From an uncultured Fusobacterium sp. (GTDB taxonomy: Bacteria; Fusobacteriota; Fusobacteriia; Fusobacteriales; Fusobacteriaceae), in the NCBI GenBank assembly GCA_900542625.1, contig UQOH01000001.1:43255-107254 (forward strand): 64,000 nt of DNA, read 5' to 3'. Shown here piece by piece: positions 61,163 through 64,000 of this stretch. Each line of letters opens with the position of its first letter. The stretch's first letter is position 1. A program made the translations under genes and the position numbers. The notes under the pieces were generated by a model. The model was not told where the DNA came from and ran no database searches. It saw only the letters and a list, made by a program, of their open reading frames with translations.

Positions 61163-62548
61163 ATGCAGTTAAGTATATATCATTTATTGGGAATAGGATT
61201 AGTAGTTGTGCTTATGTGTATTATAGGTATTTTTTCCGGGAAGAATACCAAAAACGCCAAAGATTTTAATACTGGAAATTCAGGACTGACAACAGCAGTA
61301 ATAGTGGGAACTATAACAGGAACACTTGTAGGAGGAGCATCAACAATAGCAACTACACAGCTGGCTTTTGAATATGGTTATTCTGCTTTGTGGTTTAATT
61401 TAGGTTCGGGGCTTGGCTGTCTGTGTCTTGGTTTATTTTTTATAGATAAATTAAGAAAAAATGATACACTGACTATTCAAGAGATGCTGGAAAAAAGATA
61501 TGGAACAAAAGTTAGAATAATATCAGCTCTTTTCAGTTCTCTGGGAATATTTTTGAGTATTATAGCTCAGCTTTTTTCAGCTATAACCATTCTGGTAACA
61601 GTATTTCCTATAAGTATTACTACAGCGGGGATTATAGCCTGTCTTGTAATGGGGTCCTATGTTGTTTTTGGAGGAATAAAGGGAACAGGAATAATAGGAG
61701 TAATAAAATTATTTTTATTATACTGTGCTTTAATATTTATGGTATATACAGCATTGAGTTCAATAGATAATTTTAAAAATTTTGCTGCATATTTTCCACA
61801 GGAAAAATATTTTAATGTTTTTGCAAGAGGAATGTGGAAAGATATAAGTGGTGGTTTATCACTGATGCTTGGGGTAATATGTACGCAGACATATGTTCAG
61901 GTAGTAATAGCAGGAAAAGATAAGAAAGCTGCTTTTCAAGGAACAATATTAAGTGCTGTGCTTATTCCTCCTATAAGTCTTGCAGGGATAGTTGTGGGAA
62001 TGTTTATGAAATATCATTTTCCAGAAATGAACTCTGCTCTTGCTTTTCCAATGTTTGTAATAAATTATATTCCTGACTTTATCGGCGGACTTATTTTGGG
62101 AACCCTGTTTGTTGTTATAACAGGTTCAGGAGCAGGTCTTGTTCTTGGAATATGCAGTATTTTTTCAAATAATATTTATCCTAAAATTATGCCTAATCTA
62201 AAAGAAAGCAGAAAACTATTTATGATAAGGGCAACTATTGTTGCAGTTCTTATTTTAACATTCTCTACAACTCTTGGAGACGGACAGGACTTAATATTGG
62301 AATGGAGTTTTATGGCAATGGGATTAAGGGCAATGACAGTGCTTTTCCCAATGTGTAGTATTCTGTTTTTAAGCAGACAGATTGAAAGCAGGTATGTTCT
62401 TGCCAGTATCACTTTAAGCCCGATACTTGTGGCAGCAGGAAGAGGGATATTTAACCTAAATATTGATGCTTTATATGCAGGACTGGCAATATCTTTTATA
62501 ATAATGCTGGGAGGATATATATTCTCTAAACAGCCAAGTAATATATAA
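61163..62548 (+). CDS. sodium:solute symporter (SSS) family transporter
   Basis: 461 aa with 13-14 TM segments. 4 nt... about 20 nt downstream of the FAH gene, so probably co-transcribed. Confidence 0.8.
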   Translation: MQLSIYHLLGIGLVVVLMCIIGIFSGKNTKNAKDFNTGNSGLTTAVIVGTITGTLVGGASTIATTQLAFEYGYSALWFNLGSGLGCLCLGLFFIDKLRKNDTLTIQEMLEKRYGTKVRIISALFSSLGIFLSIIAQLFSAITILVTVFPISITTAGIIACLVMGSYVVFGGIKGTGIIGVIKLFLLYCALIFMVYTALSSIDNFKNFAAYFPQEKYFNVFARGMWKDISGGLSLMLGVICTQTYVQVVIAGKDKKAAFQGTILSAVLIPPISLAGIVVGMFMKYHFPEMNSALAFPMFVINYIPDFIGGLILGTLFVVITGSGAGLVLGICSIFSNNIYPKIMPNLKESRKLFMIRATIVAVLILTFSTTLGDGQDLILEWSFMAMGLRAMTVLFPMCSILFLSRQIESRYVLASITLSPILVAAGRGIFNLNIDALYAGLAISFIIMLGGYIFSKQPSNI

Positions 62549-62658
62549 GTTAGAAAATTAATAATCCGAGAATAAAATTCTTTTCGTAAAAATATCTGCT
62601 ATTTATATTGCTTGCTAAGAAAGAGGAACAAATTAAAAATTTAATAAATAAAATTTTT

Positions 62659-62723
62659 AATTCGTCGGCTCTGCTAGTCGTTGAGAACCTTATCAGGTTC
62701 TCAGCCTCCTGCATCGACGAACT
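62659..62723. other. GC-rich two-tier hairpin between convergent genes (probable metNIQ terminator on minus strand)
   Basis: Outer stem TTCGTCG/CGACGAA enclosing inner stem GAGAACC-ttatca-GGTTCTC. A T-rich tract follows on the minus strand. The element is markedly GC-rich relative to the flanks. Confidence 0.4.
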
Positions 62724-62849
62724 CGTCTTCCTCAAACATATCGTTTTTTACGATGAACTCGCTGCATAAATTACGCAGATATTTTTAATCTCAATAATTT
62801 TAATCTCGGATTTTTAAATACAATTTTTTAATATTTAAAGCAATACTGT

Positions 62850-63650
62850 TTAGAATGCTGGAACTACTCCGCCTTTATAAGTGTTGTTGATGAAATCAGC
62901 AGTTTCCTGGCTGTTTAAAGCCTCTATTAATTTAACAATGTCAGCTCTTTTTTCGTCTCCTTCTCTTACAGCAACGATATTAGTATAAGGAGATTCTTTT
63001 CCTTCTAATAGTAAAGCATCTTCAGTAGGAGAAAGTCCTGCTTCTAAAGCATAGTTTCCATTGATAACAGCAAAATCAACATCTTTTAAAACTCTTGGTA
63101 ATTGAGCAGCCTCAAGTGTTTTGAATTTTAATTTTTTAGGGTTTTTAGCAACATCAAATTCAGTAGAATATAAATCAGCAGGGTCAGCTAAAGTAATAAG
63201 TCCTGCATTGTGAAGAAGAATAAGTGCTCTTCCTCCGTTAGACGGGTCGTTAGGTATAGCAACAGTTGCTTTGTCAGGAATATCATTAATTGATTTTATT
63301 TTTTCAGAAAAAACTCCGATAGGTTCAACATGAACTCCTCCTGCAACAGCAAGTTTTAATCCTTTTTCTTCACAGAATTTATCTAAATAAGGTTTGTGCT
63401 GGAAGTAGTTAGCGTCCAGTTCTCCATCTGCAAGAGCAAGGTTTGGAGTAACATAATCTGTAAAATCTACAACCTGCAGATCAATTCCTTCTTTAGCCAG
63501 CTTGTCTTTTACTGCATTAAGAACTTCAGCGTGAGGTACAGGAGTAGCTCCTACTTTTAGAACTGTGTTAGCCAAAGCAGTAGTTCCTAAAACTAAAAGT
63601 GCAGCTGTTGAAAGTAAAACTCTTTTAAATGTGTTTGTCATAATAACCAT
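62850..63650 (-). CDS. metQ: methionine ABC transporter substrate-binding lipoprotein (MetQ/NlpA family)
   Basis: 266 aa with a signal peptide and a NlpA-family core. Confidence 0.85.
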   Translation of the reverse strand: MVIMTNTFKRVLLSTAALLVLGTTALANTVLKVGATPVPHAEVLNAVKDKLAKEGIDLQVVDFTDYVTPNLALADGELDANYFQHKPYLDKFCEEKGLKLAVAGGVHVEPIGVFSEKIKSINDIPDKATVAIPNDPSNGGRALILLHNAGLITLADPADLYSTEFDVAKNPKKLKFKTLEAAQLPRVLKDVDFAVINGNYALEAGLSPTEDALLLEGKESPYTNIVAVREGDEKRADIVKLIEALNSQETADFINNTYKGGVVPAF

Positions 63651-63698
63651 CTCCTTAAAAATATAATATTGTATTAATAAAAAAATTAAAAAACTGAT

Positions 63699-64000
63699 TT
63701 ATTTTTGAAGCAAATAAGTTCCTATTGCTGTAATTATAACAGCAGCAGAATAAAGCATAAGTTTTCTTTTAGTCATAGTCAAACATTTTACTGAAAGATA
63801 ATTTCCAAAAGATTGTAAAACCTGAACCAGAATTATAATAACAATAACAGAATAAGCCATTATATCTGTTTTAAATCTCTGGTAACCAAATCTTATTGCC
63901 AAATCTCCAAGTCCTCCAGCTCCAATACTTCCTGCCATTGCAGAAAAACCAATAAGGCTGATAACTGTAACAGTAATTCCATGAATAAGATGTGGAAGTG
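63699..64000 (-). CDS. metI: methionine ABC transporter permease (partial, 5' end beyond window)
   Basis: The reading frame continues to the window edge. The C-terminal MAGSIGAGGLGDLAIRFGYQRF motif is typical of MetI. Confidence 0.8.
   Translation of the reverse strand, partial: LPHLIHGITVTVISLIGFSAMAGSIGAGGLGDLAIRFGYQRFKTDIMAYSVIVIIILVQVLQSFGNYLSVKCLTMTKRKLMLYSAAVIITAIGTYLLQK

Noticed and set aside
62550-62735. 61-aa ORF on minus strand
   Set aside because: It overlaps the hairpin region, has no RBS and shows no conservation signal. It is likely non-coding.
62550-62850. GC-rich structured island considered as an S-box/SAM riboswitch for metNIQ, or as a tRNA/SRP RNA
   Set aside because: It lies at the 3' ends of two convergent genes, not in a 5' leader. 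It has no tRNA cloverleaf, T-loop or SRP domain-IV motif. It is kept only as a probable terminator or structured element.

Overview
AT-rich chromosomal segment that looks Fusobacterium-like (Fusobacteriota). That call is inferred from codon and AT bias, from LemA/DUF2207, and from a complete glutamate-fermentation (2-hydroxyglutarate pathway) cluster. Gene density is high and most genes are housekeeping or metabolic. Gene content, in order: (1) the tail of the F1 ATP synthase operon (atpG, atpD, atpC); (2) a macA-macB-tolC-like tripartite efflux operon on the minus strand; (3) a DUF2207 membrane protein plus LemA pair; (4) a GntR-regulated sugar-acid locus: TRAP transporter dctPQM, KduI/IolB-family isomerase, KduD-like SDR, 2-hydroxyacid dehydrogenase, an Eda aldolase with a C-terminal extension, KdgK, and an IlvD/EDD-family dehydratase; (5) trxA, a Crp/Fnr regulator, and gltX-prfB-acpS-tatD on the minus strand; (6) ychF, yceD-rpmF, and a KE-rich lipoprotein; (7) an M20 amidohydrolase and 2-hydroxyacid dehydrogenase pair, immediately followed by a 943-aa single-ORF fusion of a PLD-type (HKD) nuclease, an SF2 helicase, and a long uncharacterised C-terminal region (possibly DUF3427-like); (8) a CoA-transferase, a MarR-like regulator, PTS EIICB, an esterase, and trkH-trkA; (9) methionine gamma-lyase; (10) a ~16 kb glutamate fermentation cluster (gdh, hgdH, two gltS paralogs, gcdD/C/B, gctA/B, gcdA, hgdC/A/B) with an embedded EFR1-type ferredoxin and an IclR regulator, then a FAH-family protein and an SSS transporter; (11) metQ and a partial metI at the window edge. 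The fusion protein in (7) is the best candidate for a stand-alone defence or restriction-like system, but that is a hypothesis. Two promoter-leader modules in (10) are near-identical copies, each with a palindromic operator-like motif. No rRNA, tRNA, CRISPR array, transposase or integrase was recognised. Coordinates of non-CDS features are approximate (+/- 2 nt). Several ORF-track N-termini were trimmed to internal starts supported by a ribosome-binding site.
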